DNA from: Mobula hypostoma
Lineage: Eukaryota
Assembly: GCF_963921235.1 (NCBI RefSeq)
Contig: NC_086109.1
Span: 9,548,001-9,612,000 of the forward strand
DNA: 64,000 nt
Direction: 5' to 3'
Shown here: positions 20,270 through 43,708 of the stretch, in pieces
Layout: every line of letters starts with the position of its first letter
How positions within the stretch are numbered: the stretch's first letter is position 1
The notes under the pieces: model-generated
Told to the model about the DNA's origin: nothing
Database searches by the model: none
The model's input: the letters and a program-made list of their open reading frames with translations, nothing else
Made by a program: the position numbers and the translations under genes

Positions 20270-20742
20270 CTTGCCCCTGAATATTCCCATTGAAGGTCCA
20301 TCCAAGTTCGTATTTGCAGGTTGACTTAAGCCATCTGATTTTTCATCTGACCCGTCAGTATCAAAGACCAGGGAGTGACTTTCAGAATCCTGAAGGTGAA
20401 GACACCCTATTGAATGCTGGGGTTTTACTGAAAGGAAAATGCAAAAAGAGGGAGAACTGAAATAAACGCCCAGCCAGGATGGGATTTTAAAGGACCAATC
20501 TACGAATTTTGGATCTGGACTGGATATGCAAATATTGACATCATGTAATTATGCCTCTTCTCAGATTCCTCTCTTTTCCTCTCTTCTTTCCTGATTTTCC
20601 TCTTCAGCTGTGGTTTCCAGTGATTCACTCCAGAACCTTTCTCATGGAGTGAAATCTATTTGATGTAAATGTGAGCTGAACATCACACAGCCTATTGTTC
20701 TACCCTGTGGGATATATCTATAAATAGTTCGTAACAACGTTG

Positions 20743-20748
20743 AATAAA
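20743..20748 (+). terminator. Likely polyadenylation signal, copy 1 (also 41866-41871 and 63256-63261); proximal alternative at 20461
   Basis: AATAAA followed about 40 nt later by a T/GT-rich tract (ttttttcattcattgtgtgtgtgtgt). Confidence 0.6.
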
Positions 20749-22585
20749 ATTTAATCATGAGATGCATATTACCAGAATTCCAGTACCTTTTTTCATTCAT
20801 TGTGTGTGTGTGTAAAATCTTCTGGAAGTACAAACTCTGTTTAGTGGACAGAACAGAGCAAGTATTAAAAAAGTCACTGGGTGTGTCCAGGCCCCTCCCA
20901 CTGCAACACACCTCCTACTCAATCCTGTCGCTGAGACCTCAAAGTATTACGTCCAAGTCCCACTGAATGCTCTCTTTTTATACAGTCCCCAGAGATAAGA
21001 AACACTGCAGTAAGTGGACCAATACACAGTGCCAGGTGAAGTCACTGAATCAGAACTAATCATCTCCTGTCACCACTCTTCAAGAAGCCCAGCCCTGAGT
21101 TTCCCAAGCTTTCATCTTGCCACTGTGGTTTTGCAGTTTCAAGGTTATTTTTCCATCATGGAAATCATAAACTCAGAAAGGAGGCCACCCTTGTCTCCGG
21201 GTGACCGATGTCCAAGCCGCTCTTGAACATCTGATGGGTCCATTGATTACGGGGTCCTTATGTCATGGTGAGTGCTGGAAAAGACTCAACTCTGGTGTGC
21301 AGAAATGGCAGATTCACATTCAGAGACAAAAGCAAGAGGTTATAGGTAGGAATTCCATAGAACATCGGAGGCACAATCCAGCGACACCGCAAGACAAGTC
21401 ATTCTCAACACAAGGACCCCGTGTTGAATGGTATTCAGGAGACCGCTGTAAATAACCACAAAATGCGGAAAACCCGTCCCAGTCACAATTAACTGAACAA
21501 GATTAAACAGAAAGCACAAGGGCTGAACGACTCTATTTAAAACAAGAATTAGTAAATATAGGTGTTACAGAAAGGCAGAAGCCTAACGCTCTCTGGCAAG
21601 CCACAAAGGCCAGCAGATCTCATGACAGCAGACCTGGTATACCCATCAGTATTTGCATGACAAATGGTTACAAAATCATTATTATTTAAAATGAAGTTAT
21701 TTTTCACATATCTTTTTAAAGATGAATATTAGTACATTTTTGAAGAGTTTTTCTAAAATGCCTCATTTATTTCAATCTCTCTTTGTTAGACTTTTATTAA
21801 TAATTACTGAATAAATACACATAAATAAAGAGGACACATTCTTTTTCCTTTAAAAATGTTCATGATTATTGTCACTAATGCATTAATTAATGATCATTCC
21901 TCCTCAAACTTACCCTGCTGCACAGCAGAATTTCTTTAGATGATTCTCGCCAATTTGGACACACTCTCTCAAAATGGTTCTCCACCACTGGTCTAATCTA
22001 TGCTTGGCTTCACCAATGTCAAGGAGGCCACGTCATCAATACCGAATGATGTTAACCAGGGTGGAAGAGGTTCAAAGAAGCATTTGTCTCACCTGAGCCA
22101 TCCAGCATTCTGTTTTAGCTCTGGATTACTTTGGTAAGCAGCCAGAATAATCAAGGACTCATCCACCTGAGACAATGTCTCTTCTCTCCTCTCTCAGAGG
22201 GCAGAATCTACAAAACCCTGAAAGCAGGTACAACCAGGCTCAAGGACAGCATTTCCCTGCTGTTTTCAGACTATTGAATGATTCCCTAGCAAAATGAGGT
22301 AGATTCTTGAGCTCACAATCTACCTCGTTATGATCTTTCCCCTTAATGTCTACCTGCACTGCTCTTTCTCTGTGACTGTCACACTTTATTCTGCATTCTG
22401 TTGTTCTAACTTCATTTTTTATTTTACTGCGATACAGTGAGGAATAGCCTATTTTGGCCCTTCGAGTCATACTGTCCAGCAATCCTTCAATTTCCGAGCC
22501 TACCCAAAAAACAATTTACAATGAACAATTATCTTCTATTATCCCAAACCTCTCCTCCGCAGCCCCCTACTTACACCAATTCCAC

Positions 22586-24328
22586 AGTCATCATGGACTG
22601 ACCTTCACTACTGAGCAGATGTGAAGGGCTCTGTGGAAACTCAGACATAACAAAGAATTACTACTGGATGGTGTGAACCCCAAGCTCCAGAAGGAGTGCG
22701 CTGAGCAGCTGTGTGGAGTTCTCCAGTGAATTTTCAATCTGGCTAACATCATATTTGGTCTCAGTGCCCGAGAAGGGCTGACCAAATAATCTTGAATAAC
22801 TGCCATCCTGTGGCCCTGACCTCACACATCATGAAGTCCCTTGAGAGGCTGTTGCTGGCTTACCTTTGACCCCTGGTCAGATCAGACCTCGATCTCCTGC
22901 AGTTTACCTACCAGGAGCACATTGCAGTTGACGATGGTGTCATTTACCCGCTGAACAGAGCCTACTCCCATTTTGATAAACAAGGCAGTACTGTGAGGAT
23001 CATGTTTTTTGATTTCTCAAGTGCCATCAATACCATACAACGCTCCTTGCTGGGGGAGAATCTCTGTTCAAAGCAGGTTAGCACTTCCATTGGATCCTGG
23101 ATAATGGCTGACCTGACTGGCAGACCACAGTTTGTGCAGCTTCAGAGCTGTGTGTCAGACGTGGCTAAAAGCTGCACTGGGACTCCACAGGGGATGGTAT
23201 TGGCTCCCTTCATCTGTACTCTGTATACCTCAGACTTTAGGTACAACTCTGAGTCATGTCATCTGCAGAAATCTCCGATGACTCAGCAATAGTTGGGTTT
23301 TTAAAGGGAGGATGGGAGGATGAATACAGGGCCCTGATGGAGGACATTGTCAAACAGTGCAAACGGAATCATTTGCAGCTCAACATCAGTAAGACAAAGG
23401 AGATGGAGATGGACTTTAGGAAGACTAAGCCAGCCCCTCTGTCTGTTACAATTGATGGTGAGAATGTGGGTGTGGTGGGGACCTACAAGTACCCAGGTTT
23501 GCACGTGGATTACAGACTTGAAAGGAGCACCCAGACAGAGGCTGTGTACAAGAAGGACCAGAGTCACCTCTGCTTCCTGAGAAGATCGCGGTCCTTTGGA
23601 GAACGGAGGCCTCTGCTGCACATATTTTACCCGTCTGCTGCCTCCAGTAGAATATTCTGTGCAGTGGTGTGCTGGGGCAATGGCATCCGACCAGGTGATG
23701 CAAACTTGCTGATTTGATTAGAAAGGCTGGCTCTGTCATAGGTGTCAAACTGGACACACTGGAGGCTGTGGTAGAACAAGGAACCCTTCGGAAAATCCTG
23801 GCAATTCTGGATAATGTTTCCCACCTTCTGCATCCCACCTTGGCGGATCGAAGGAACACTTTCAGTAATAGACTAAGACAACTGCACTGCTCCAAAGAGT
23901 GCGACATGAGGTCATTCTTAACCTTGGTCAATAGCCAACCTATAGCCAGGGAAGTGATGACCCCTCGTGTTCGACTGCTATTTACCTCTGATTACTAGAG
24001 CTCTGCTTTCAATCTGTTTAGCTCTGTTTACCACTCCTGCTATCGTGCAATACTGTGCAATACCACCACCAGTTCTTATCTTGATGGTGTGAAGATGCAC
24101 CCATTACTTTATAATATTACAGCAATTCTTGCACTACCATCTTATCAGTGTGAACTTGGAAATCTTGAAAATCTTATAATCTCTGATTTGTAAATCTTGT
24201 ACATCTTATTTTTAAGGTCACTTTTTTTTATTCTTTCTTACTTCTCTTCTCATATTTGTAAATCTGTACACTTATAATGCTACTGTGACACTGTAATTTC
24301 CTTTGGTATCATGAAGTGTCTATCCATG
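22586..24328 (+). mobile_element. Decayed Rex1/Babar-type LINE, unit 2 copy
   Basis: Same ORF fragments as 1490-3232. Confidence 0.8.
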
Positions 24329-24422
24329 TAAAGTTATTAATACCTGCAATGCACATTCTCTGTAACTGTTACACTATAATCTGTATTCTGCTATTGCCTT
24401 TCCCTTGTACAACCTCCATGTA

Positions 24423-27007
24423 AGACCATAAGGTATAGAAGCAGAATTAGGCCACTCAGCCCATTGAGTCTGTCCCACTGTTCCATCATGGCTGATCCCG
24501 GATCCCACTCAACCCCATACAACTGCCCTTTCGCCATTTTCTTTGACGCCCTGAGAGATCAGAAAACTACCAACATCCGCCTCAGATATACCTTTGGAGA
24601 TGGCCTCCACCACAGTCTGTAGCAGAGCATTCCACCGATTCACAACTCTCTGGCTAAAGAAAATCTTCCTTTAATTCTGTTCTAAATGTTTGGCCCTCAA
24701 TTTTGAGGTTGAACTCTGTAGTTTGGATATCTCGACCAGTGGAAACATCCTCTCCACATCCACCCTATCTAGACTTTTCAACATTTGGTCGGTTTCAATC
24801 AGATCCGCACACATGCTTCTAAATTCCAGTGAGTACAGGCCCAAAGCTGCCAAATGCCCCTCATATGTTAACCCCTTCACTCTCAGAATCATCCTCTGGA
24901 CTCTCTGCAATGACAACACATCCTTTCTGAGATATGAGGCTCAAAACTGTTGACAATACTCCAAGTGCACCTGACTAGTGCCTTTTAAAGCCTAACATTA
25001 TCTCCTTGCTGTTATATTCTATACCCCTTGAAATTTTTATCATCAATCTCCAAGTACCAAAAAACCTGATTCTTAACAATAGACTCCAACACTTTTCCAA
25101 ACATTGAAGTTAGGCTAACCGGCCTATAATTTCCTTTCTTTCGCTTTCCTTCCTTCTTAAAGAGTGGTGTGACGTTTACTATCTTCCAGTCCTCCAGGAC
25201 CATGCCAGAGTTAAGGGATTCTTGAAAGATCACGCCAAGAGCATCCATTATTTGTTCAGCAATGTCTCTTAGGACTCTGGGATGTAGTTGATTTGGTCCA
25301 GTGACTTAAGCACCTTAAGACCTTTGTGTCACTCACTCCTGCTGCCTGACACTCACAGACCTCGAGCACTCTAGGATTTTAAAAGCTTCCCAATCATCCA
25401 ATTTCCCACTCACTTTTGCTACCTTATATGCCCTTTCCTTGGCATTCATGCAGACCTTAACTTCCCTTGTCATCCACGGTTGGCTAGCCCTGCTATTTGA
25501 GAACTACTTCTTCTATGGGACATATCTATCCTGTGCCTTGTGAATTATTCTCAGAAACTTCAGCTGCCTCTGCTCTACCATCATCCCCGCCAGTATCTTC
25601 TGTCACGTGACCGGCAACAATGAATCTTCCTTTGATCCACCGGGGTAAGCTCCTCTCTCTTGCCTCTGTAATTTTCTTTATTCCATCGCTATACTGTTAG
25701 GTAGATAGATAGATAGATAGACATACTTTATTGATCCCGAGGGAAATTGATTTTCGTTACAGTTGCACCAACCAAGAATAGAGTATAAATGTAGCAATAT
25801 AAAAATGATAAATAATTAAATAATAATATGTAAATTATGCCAGATGGAAATAAGTCCAGGACCAGCCTATTGGCTCAGGGTGTCTGACTCTCCAAGGGAG
25901 GAGTTGTAAAGTTTGATGTCCGCAGGCAGGAATGTCTTCCTATGATGCTCTGTGTTGCATCTTGGTGGAATGAGTCTCTGGCTGAATATACTCCTGTGCC
26001 CAATCAGTACATTAGGTAGTGGATGGGAGACATTGTCCAAGATGGCATTCAACTTGGACAGCATCATCTTTTCAGACACCACCATGAGAGAGTCCAGTTC
26101 CATCCCCACAACATCACAGGCCTTACAAATGAGTTTTGATTCTGTAACAGGCTGCATGCACGACCGGCATTACCTGTGATTTATGCTTCTCCCTTTCAGT
26201 TTGCAGTATGAATTCAATCATATTATGATCACTGTCTCCTAACGGTTCCTTTAACATTAAGCTCCCTAATGAGATCTGGGTCATGACACAACACCCAAAA
26301 GCCTTTCCCCAAGTAGGCTCAAGCACAAGATGCTCTGAAAAGCCATCTCATCGGCATTCAACAAATTCCCTCTCTTTTTCCTGGGGAAAAACCTGATTTT
26401 CCCAATCCACTTGCATATTGAGGTCCCCCAATACCACTGCATCATTATCCTTTTCACGTGCCTTTTCCAACACTCTTTACAAACTCAACCCTATATATTG
26501 GCTATTATTAGGAGGCCTATAAGATTCTCAGAATATTTTTTTCACCTTTGCTGTTTCTTAACTCCACCGACAAAGATTGAATGTTCTCAGACCCTACGTC
26601 ATCTCCATCTACAGATGTAATTTCATCTCTAACTAATATAGCCAGACCACCGCCTGTACCTTCTTGCCTGTCCTTACTTTACTGAGTATATCCATTGATG
26701 TTAAACTGACAACTATGGTCTTCCAACAACGACTCAGTGATGCCCACAATGTCACACCAACCAACCTCTAATTGTTCCACGAGTTCACCCACCTTATTCC
26801 GGATGCTACGCGGATTTAAATATCGCAGCTTCAGTCCGGCACCCTTCGCCCTGATGAATTTTGACTCTGTGGTCCAGTTGAGTTCTTTGCTCTGTCTGCA
26901 TTTGTACCCCATCATTGGCTTGTCCTTCATTACATTCATGTTACACCCATCATCTACTTGTAAACCTGCTGGCTCACCCTCAGCTCCATCATCCTGATTC
27001 CCATCAT
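24423..27007 (-). mobile_element. Internally deleted CR1 LINE, unit 2 copy
   Basis: As 3327-5911. Confidence 0.85.
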
Positions 27008-30000
27008 ATGTACTGATGTGATGAATTGATCTGTACGGGTGACATGAAAAACAAGGTGTATCATTGCACCGCAAGTGGTTCTTGTTCATCGTGGCCAACA
27101 GTGATAGATACCTGTGTGGGAGAGTTTTTAAAGTGGAAAATCTATCGCACTGGGTCAGTTCCACTTTCTAGACATCAGCAGTCCAGGCCCAGTGGTAGAA
27201 ACAAGCGTCACAAGCTGGGGAATTCCTTGTTTGCAGTGGACAACCAGGACAACTTCCATGCCTTTTCATGCGGTTCGCTCTCCTCGGAGCGATGCAGAGC
27301 CACCTTCCTAGTTGTTGGATCTCACTGCAGATCTCAGTCTACCAGAGCAGACTTTGCATGCTAGGACAGGCCTGGTACCCCCACCTGGTGAAGCGCTGTA
27401 TTGGGTATGGCTGCTGTCACATACAAACAAATGGAAATAAATAATACAAATGTGGTGAGGTGGTGTTCATAAGTTCAATGTCAATTTAGAAACTGGATGG
27501 CAAGCTGTTTCTGAATTGCTGAGTGTGTGCCTTCAGGCTTCTGTCCCTCCTCCTGACGGTCACAATGAGAAGGGGGCATGGCCTGTGTGGTGGGGGTCCT
27601 CAATGATGGACACAGCCTTTGAGGCTCGGCTCCTGCAAGACGTCTCAGATACTACGGTGGCGAGTAGTCATGATTGTGCTGACTATCTACAATTGACTTC
27701 AGAATTGAAATGGAACCGAGGGCATTCTTGCAGGCAAATATTTTGTTTTGATGAAGGGTCTTGGCCCTAAACATCGATTGTACTCTTTTCCATAAATGCT
27801 GCCTGGCCTGTGAGATCGTCGAGTAATTTGCATACGTTGCTTGGATTTCCAGAATTTGAAGATTTTCAGTTGAATTTGTTTTCACTGTTGTCTTAGATCA
27901 GCAGTGAGAGCAAAGCGAAACACAAGAGGTTAATTTTATCAATAGAAGTCATGTTTAATTGCTCACCTTATCAATTAATAGTCAATAATAGGCACTTATT
28001 ACTGATTCTCTTTTCTTGACAGAGCATTTTTAATATGTTTCCAAATCTGATTATTATCCATTTGATTGAACAATTCCCCAGATATGAATACCCTTGAAAC
28101 TATTATAAAAAAGCTTGAAATTATTTGTCCTGTTCCATGTTTCATCCTGTACTTCTGAAGGTCTTGGTTAATTTCACTGAGTTTTTGAAGAGACGGATCA
28201 GTTTTAAATGTCCCAAAGACAGTACATGGAAACATTGAAACATACTGTGAAATGCATTGTTTGTGTCAGTGACCAACACAGTCCGAATACTTTACTTCTC
28301 CATTCTGAGTTTTGGTCTGAAGAACAGCTGAACCTCTTGACCATGTCTGCATGCTTTTATGCATTGAGTGGCAGCTACATGATTGGCATTAATGAGCATG
28401 TGCATGGGTGTAGCTGATAAAAAGGCCTCTGAGAGTATGAGAGGGATAGATAGCTGGCGAGTGTGTCGTCACTCACCGCTCCAATCTGCCAATTAAATTT
28501 GCTGACGATACTGCACTGATTGGCCTAATCTCAAATAATAATGAGGCTTCCTACAGAGAAGAAATCATCACCCTGACACAATCATGTCAAGAAGACAACC
28601 TCTCGCTCAATCTCACAAAAAGGAAGGAGCTGGTTATGGACTACAGGAGGTATGGAGACAGTCTAGTCGCTATTGACATCAATGGATCTGGAGTTGAGAG
28701 GGTGAACAGATTTAAGGTCCTCGACATACACATCTCCAAGGATCTCACATGGTCTGTACATACCGGCTGTGTGGTGAAAAAGACACAACAGTGCCTCTTT
28801 CAGTTGAAGAAATTTGGTATGGGCCTCCAAATCCAAAGAACTTTCTCCAGGGGCACAATTGAGAGCATCTTGATTGGCTGCATCCCTGCCTGGTATGGGA
28901 ACTGTACTTCCTTCAATCGCAGGACTCTGCAGAGAGTGGTGTGGACAGCCCAGCGCATCTGTAGATGGGAACTTCCCACTATTCAGGACAGGTATGTATG
29001 AAGGGCCCAAAGAGTCATTGGGGACCTGAGTCGCTCTAACCACAAACTGTTCCAGCTGCTACCATCCGGGAAGCGGTACCGCAGCGTAAAAGCCAGGACC
29101 AACAGGCTCTGGGACGGCTTCTTCCATGCTGATACAACTGTATTTCCATGATATATTTGTTGTCCATACTATTTATTATAAATTTATATAAATTGCTTAT
29201 TGCACATTTAGACAGAGACCTACTGTAAAGATTTTTACTCCTCATGTATATGAAGGATGTGCGTAATAAAGTCAATTCAATTCCCAGTGTTGAATTATCT
29301 AATTCCAGAGGTCATGCAGTTCAGTTGAGAGAGCGTAAGTTTATAGCAGATGCGTGGGGCAAGTTTTTTACATGGAGAGTGTTAGATGCTTGGAATGAGC
29401 CCCAAGGGAACATTGAAGGCTGAAGAGAATGTTCCTGTGCTTTGCCATTCATGGGTTTATAGACTGTTCAGACATCTGATGGTGAAGAGGAAGAAGGTGT
29501 TCTTAAATTGTTAAGAGTGAGTTTTTAAGAGGTTAGGATAGGTATATGGATGTGTGGGTTCCGGAGGGCATTGATGTGGGTGCAGGAGCTGGAATCAGAC
29601 AGAAGACTAGACTGGCATGGGCTGGATTGGATGAAGGGCCTGTTTCTGTGCTGTGGTGTCTGTGACAATCGGACTCAAGACAAGTGTGTATGACAGTCGG
29701 ACTCATGTCTGTTCGTACTGCAGTGCCCATGACAGTCGGACTCATAACTCCTCGTACTGAGGTGTTGTTGACAATCAGACTCAAGACTGTTCGTACTGTA
29801 GTGTCAAGGACAATCAGACTCATGACTCCTCGTAGAGTACTATCGATGACATCGGACTCATGGCTCTTCACACTATAGTGTCGATGACAATCAGACTCAT
29901 GACTGTAGTGTGGTGTCAATGACAATCGGACTTATGACTTTTCCTACCGTAGTATAGATAGATAGATAGATAGATAGATATACTTTATTGATGCTGAGGG

Positions 30001-32487
30001 AAATTGGATTTCGTTACAGCCGCACCAACCAAGAATAGAGCATAAATATAGCAATACAAAAACCACAAACAATCAAACAACAAAATGCAAACTATGCCAG
30101 ATGGAAATTAAGTCCAGGACCAGTCTATTGGCTCAGTGTGTCTGACCCTCCACAGGAGGAGCTGCAAGTTCGATGGCCACAGGCAGGAACACAGGCCCAG
30201 TGTTGTATCTCGGTGGAATGTGGCCGAAGTCCAACAGTAAAAAGTTCAGTATCCATAGTATCGATGACAGTTAGACTCATGACTGTGGATAGATTATGAA
30301 ACCATATATTTCACTTCTTTTATGTTTGTTTTTTGTCTTGAATGTGATTCTGAGACTGTTTGAGCCTGTGATTTCCATTTTGGAAATCGTCAGGGTGTTT
30401 TCATGCTCTGTAGTCTCTGAGAGGATCGTGGCGGGAAGACTGCAGCATGGGCCTCAAGCCGATGTTCGGCTCCATTTTGTGGATTAAAGCTTCCATTGTT
30501 CACTGATTAAAATAAGGAGAGAGGGTGAAATATCGATTGAAAACGGAAGGTGAACACCCACTGCCAGGCTTTTGATCGCTGGTGGGATTGTCCGCTGTCA
30601 GAGAAGGGATGCTGCCTTTTGAACACTGGTGGGATCACTCTGCTATCAGAGAGGGAAAGAACAGCCGCTGGTTTACCCAGGTTTTCTGCATTTTGGATTT
30701 GGACTTGGACTATAGATTGTTGGTCAGTCTTACAGTATTTTATATTCTGTGTTTTTTGCCTGATGTTTCTCATTCTTTGTGTGTGGAGAGGGAGATTTGG
30801 AGGTTGATGTGACTGGTCCATTTTTGTCCATTTCTGCGTGGGGGGAGTAGGTATTTAGGGGTTGATGATCCTGCTACCGTTCTTTTTGTTTCGTTGTTGG
30901 TTCGTGAGACTGGACAGGTTGTGTCTGTTTTCCCTGGAGTGAAGGAGGCTGAGAGGTGACCTTCTCAAGGTTTATAAAATCACGAGCTGAGTACATAAAG
31001 TGAAGGTCACAGTCTTTTTCATGGTCTAAAAATAAAAGGTAAAGGTTTAAGGTGAGATGGGAAAGATTTAAAGGGCACCTGAGGGGCAATATTTTCCCCC
31101 ATGGAGTGTGGTGGGTACATGGAATGAGCTGCCAGAAGTAGTGGTGGAGGGAGGGACAATTAGACAAGTACAGCAATAGGATGGGTTTGGAGTCAGAGTT
31201 ACAGAACACTACAACAGGTTTCAATAAGTGCATTTAATGTCAGAGAAATGTATTCGATACATTGATCCTGAAATTTATTTTCTTTGCAGACATCCACAAA
31301 AGCAGAGGAGTGCCCCAAGGAATGATTGACAGTTAAAACTTAGAGCCCCAAAGCTCCCCCCGCAACTCCCCCTCCCCTGCACAAGCAGCAACAAGGCAAC
31401 ATCCAGCCTCCCACCCCCACCAGCAAAAATGCATCAACACCGCCCACCGAGCACTCAAGCATGCAGCAAAGCATCAATAAAGACACAGACTTGCAGTACC
31501 CCAAAGACTACTCGTTCACCCGATAATTTGACATACCACAGGCTCTCACTCTTCTTAATAAGGGAAAAAGGGGTGTCCCATTTCACAGTGAGACAGGAGA
31601 CATAACAAACAACTCACTGCTTTACGATGTTAACAGTCTGTTGCTTCGCTTTTTCTGAGCTCTGCGCCCGGAGATTTGGCAGCAAAAAGCTGTAGCTCCC
31701 TGAGCACACAACCCCTGGTAGCCATCCCGCTGCTCCCGATGTTCCGCGTTCTCCCGCGATGCTTCAATTTATGGCACCGGCCTGGAATCAGCATGTCTCC
31801 AGAGCCATGAAATGCCCGGAACCCTGTAAGCACGCTCGTCTTCCAGGCCGTGTCCTTGGGGATATTAATAAGCGGCTGTTTGTGAGGCCCTTAGAGCGGG
31901 TTCCATTCCCGCAAGGTCAGACACAGGTACTTCTGCCCATCTAGGCCAGGCTGAACTGCTCGTGTCATCGACTCTCACCTGGACCATGATCCTCCTCATC
32001 CATGTACTTATCCAAACTTCTCTTAAATGTTGCAATCAAACTCGAGTTCACCACTTCGATTGACAGCCCATTCCACAGTCTCACCACCCTCGGAGTCATG
32101 GTGGTCTCTTCTCAAATTTTTCTTAAATATTTCATCTTTCACCCTTAACCTATTACCTGTACCTCTTGTCTTAACCAACCTCAACAGAAGAAGCCTGTTT
32201 CCATTGACAATATCCACACCCATCAACATTTTGTACACATCTATCAAATTTCCTCACATTCTCCTTTGCTGCAGGGAATGAAGTCCATGTCAATGCAACC
32301 TTTCCCTCTACCTCAGGTCCTCAAATCTCAGCAATATACTTGTAAATTTTCTCTGTCCTCTTTCAATCTTCCTGATATCTTTCCAGTAGATAGGTGACTG
32401 ATGTAGAGGAGGCCTCAATGGGAAAACCAGATACAATAAATGACACTGGTGGGTTCACAAGTAAAGGGCTACCTCACCTGGAAGGAC

Positions 32488-32733
32488 TGTTTACGTCTCA
32501 GTCATTTGATAAAACAGTTTTGAACCTAATTTCAGATTGTGTTATCTATGATAAGACTTATCTTTAATTTCACAGCACTTAAAGTACTTTGTTATCAACT
32601 TCTACATTGAAGGGTGTCTTTAATAGAATGTATTTTATCAGAGATAAACTGATCACGAGTACCAGAATATTTACTTTTCATATGGAATGATTGTCTCTGT
32701 GTCCACGTGACAATGATTCCTTGAGTATAAGTA
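32488..32733 (+). promoter_or_regulatory. Pepsinogen proximal promoter, copy 2
   Basis: Same motifs retained (offset +21123). Confidence 0.75.
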
Positions 32734-32786
32734 TTAGGGCTCACAAGCCCAATGTCAGATTCTGAAAGGAATCCAATCGATTCAAC

Positions 32787-41392
<8,606 letters not shown>

Positions 41393-43708
41393 CTTGCCCC
41401 TGAATATTCCCATTGAAGGTCCATCCAAGTTCGTATTTGCAGGTTGACTTAAGCCATCTGATTTTTCATCTGACCCGTCAGTATCAAAGACCAGGGAGTG
41501 ACTTTCAGAATCCTGAAGGTGAAGACACCCTATTGAATGCTGGGGTTTTACTGAAAGGAAAATGCAAAAAGAGGGAGAACTGAAATAAACGCCCAGCCAG
41601 GATGGGATTTTAAAGGACCAATCTACGAATTTTGGATCTGGACTGGATATGCAAATATTGACATCATGTAATTATGCCTCTTCTCAGATTCCTCTCTTTT
41701 CCTCTCTTCTTTCCTGATTTTCCTCTTCAGCTGTGGTTTCCAGTGATTCACTCCAGAACCTTTCTCATGGAGTGAAATCTATTTGATGTAAATGTGAGCT
41801 GAACATCACACAGCCTATTGTTCTACCCTGTGGGATATATCTATAAATAGTTCGTAACAACGTTGAATAAAATTTAATCATGAGATGCATATTACCAGAA
41901 TTCCAGTACCTTTTTTCATTCATTGTGTGTGTGTGTAAAATCTTCTGGAAGTACAAACTCTGTTTAGTGGACAGAACAGAGCAAGTATTAAAAAAGTCAC
42001 TGGGTGTGTCCAGGCCCCTCCCACTGCAACACACCTCCTACTCAATCCTGTCGCTGAGACCTCAAAGTATTACGTCCAAGTCCCACTGAATGCTCTCTTT
42101 TTATACAGTCCCCAGAGATAAGAAACACTGCAGTAAGTGGACCAATACACAGTGCCAGGTGAAGTCACTGAATCAGAACTAATCATCTCCTGTCACCACT
42201 CTTCAAGAAGCCCAGCCCTGAGTTTCCCAAGCTTTCATCTTGCCACTGTGGTTTTGCAGTTTCAAGGTTATTTTTCCATCATGGAAATCATAAACTCAGA
42301 AAGGAGGCCACCCTTGTCTCCGGGTGACCGATGTCCAAGCCGCTCTTGAACATCTGATGGGTCCATTGATTACGGGGTCCTTATGTCATGGTGAGTGCTG
42401 GAAAAGACTCAACTCTGGTGTGCAGAAATGGCAGATTCACATTCAGAGACAAAAGCAAGAGGTTATAGGTAGGAATTCCATAGAACATCGGAGGCACAAT
42501 CCAGCGACACCGCAAGACAAGTCATTCTCAACACAAGGACCCCGTGTTGAATGGTATTCAGGAGACCGCTGTAAATAACCACAAAATGCGGAAAACCCGT
42601 CCCAGTCACAATTAACTGAACAAGATTAAACAGAAAGCACAAGGGCTGAACGACTCTATTTAAAACAAGAATTAGTAAATATAGGTGTTACAGAAAGGCA
42701 GAAGCCTAACGCTCTCTGGCAAGCCACAAAGGCCAGCAGATCTCATGACAGCAGACCTGGTATACCCATCAGTATTTGCATGACAAATGGTTACAAAATC
42801 ATTATTATTTAAAATGAAGTTATTTTTCACATATCTTTTTAAAGATGAATATTAGTACATTTTTGAAGAGTTTTTCTAAAATGCCTCATTTATTTCAATC
42901 TCTCTTTGTTAGACTTTTATTAATAATTACTGAATAAATACACATAAATAAAGAGGACACATTCTTTTTCCTTTAAAAATGTTCATGATTATTGTCACTA
43001 ATGCATTAATTAATGATCATTCCTCCTCAAACTTACCCTGCTGCACAGCAGAATTTCTTTAGATGATTCTTGCCAATTTGGACACACTCTCTCAAAATGG
43101 TTCTCCACCACTGGTCTAATCTATGCTTGGCTTCACCAATGTCAAGGAGGCCACGTCATCAATACCGAATGATGTTAACCAGGGTGGAAGAGGTTCAAAG
43201 AAGCATTTGTCTCACCTGAGCCATCCAGCATTCTGTTTTAGCTCTGGATTACTTTGGTAAGCAGCCAGAATAATCAAGGACTCATCCACCTGAGACAATG
43301 TCTCTTCTCTCCTCTCTCAGAGGGCAGAATCTACAAAACCCTGAAAGCAGGTACAACCAGGCTCAAGGACAGCATTTCCCTGCTGTTTTCAGACTATTGA
43401 ATGATTCCCTAGCAAAATGAGGTAGATTCTTGAGCTCACAATCTACCTCGTTATGATCTTTCCCCTTAATGTCTACCTGCACTGCTCTTTCTCTGTGACT
43501 GTCACACTTTATTCTGCATTCTGTTGTTCTAACTTCATTTTTTATTTTACTGCGATACAGTGAGGAATAGCCTATTTTGGCCCTTCGAGTCATACTGTCC
43601 AGCAATCCTTCAATTTCCGAGCCTACCCAAAAAACAATTTACAATGAACAATTATCTTCTATTATCCCAAACCTCTCCTCCGCAGCCCCCTACTTACACC
43701 AATTCCAC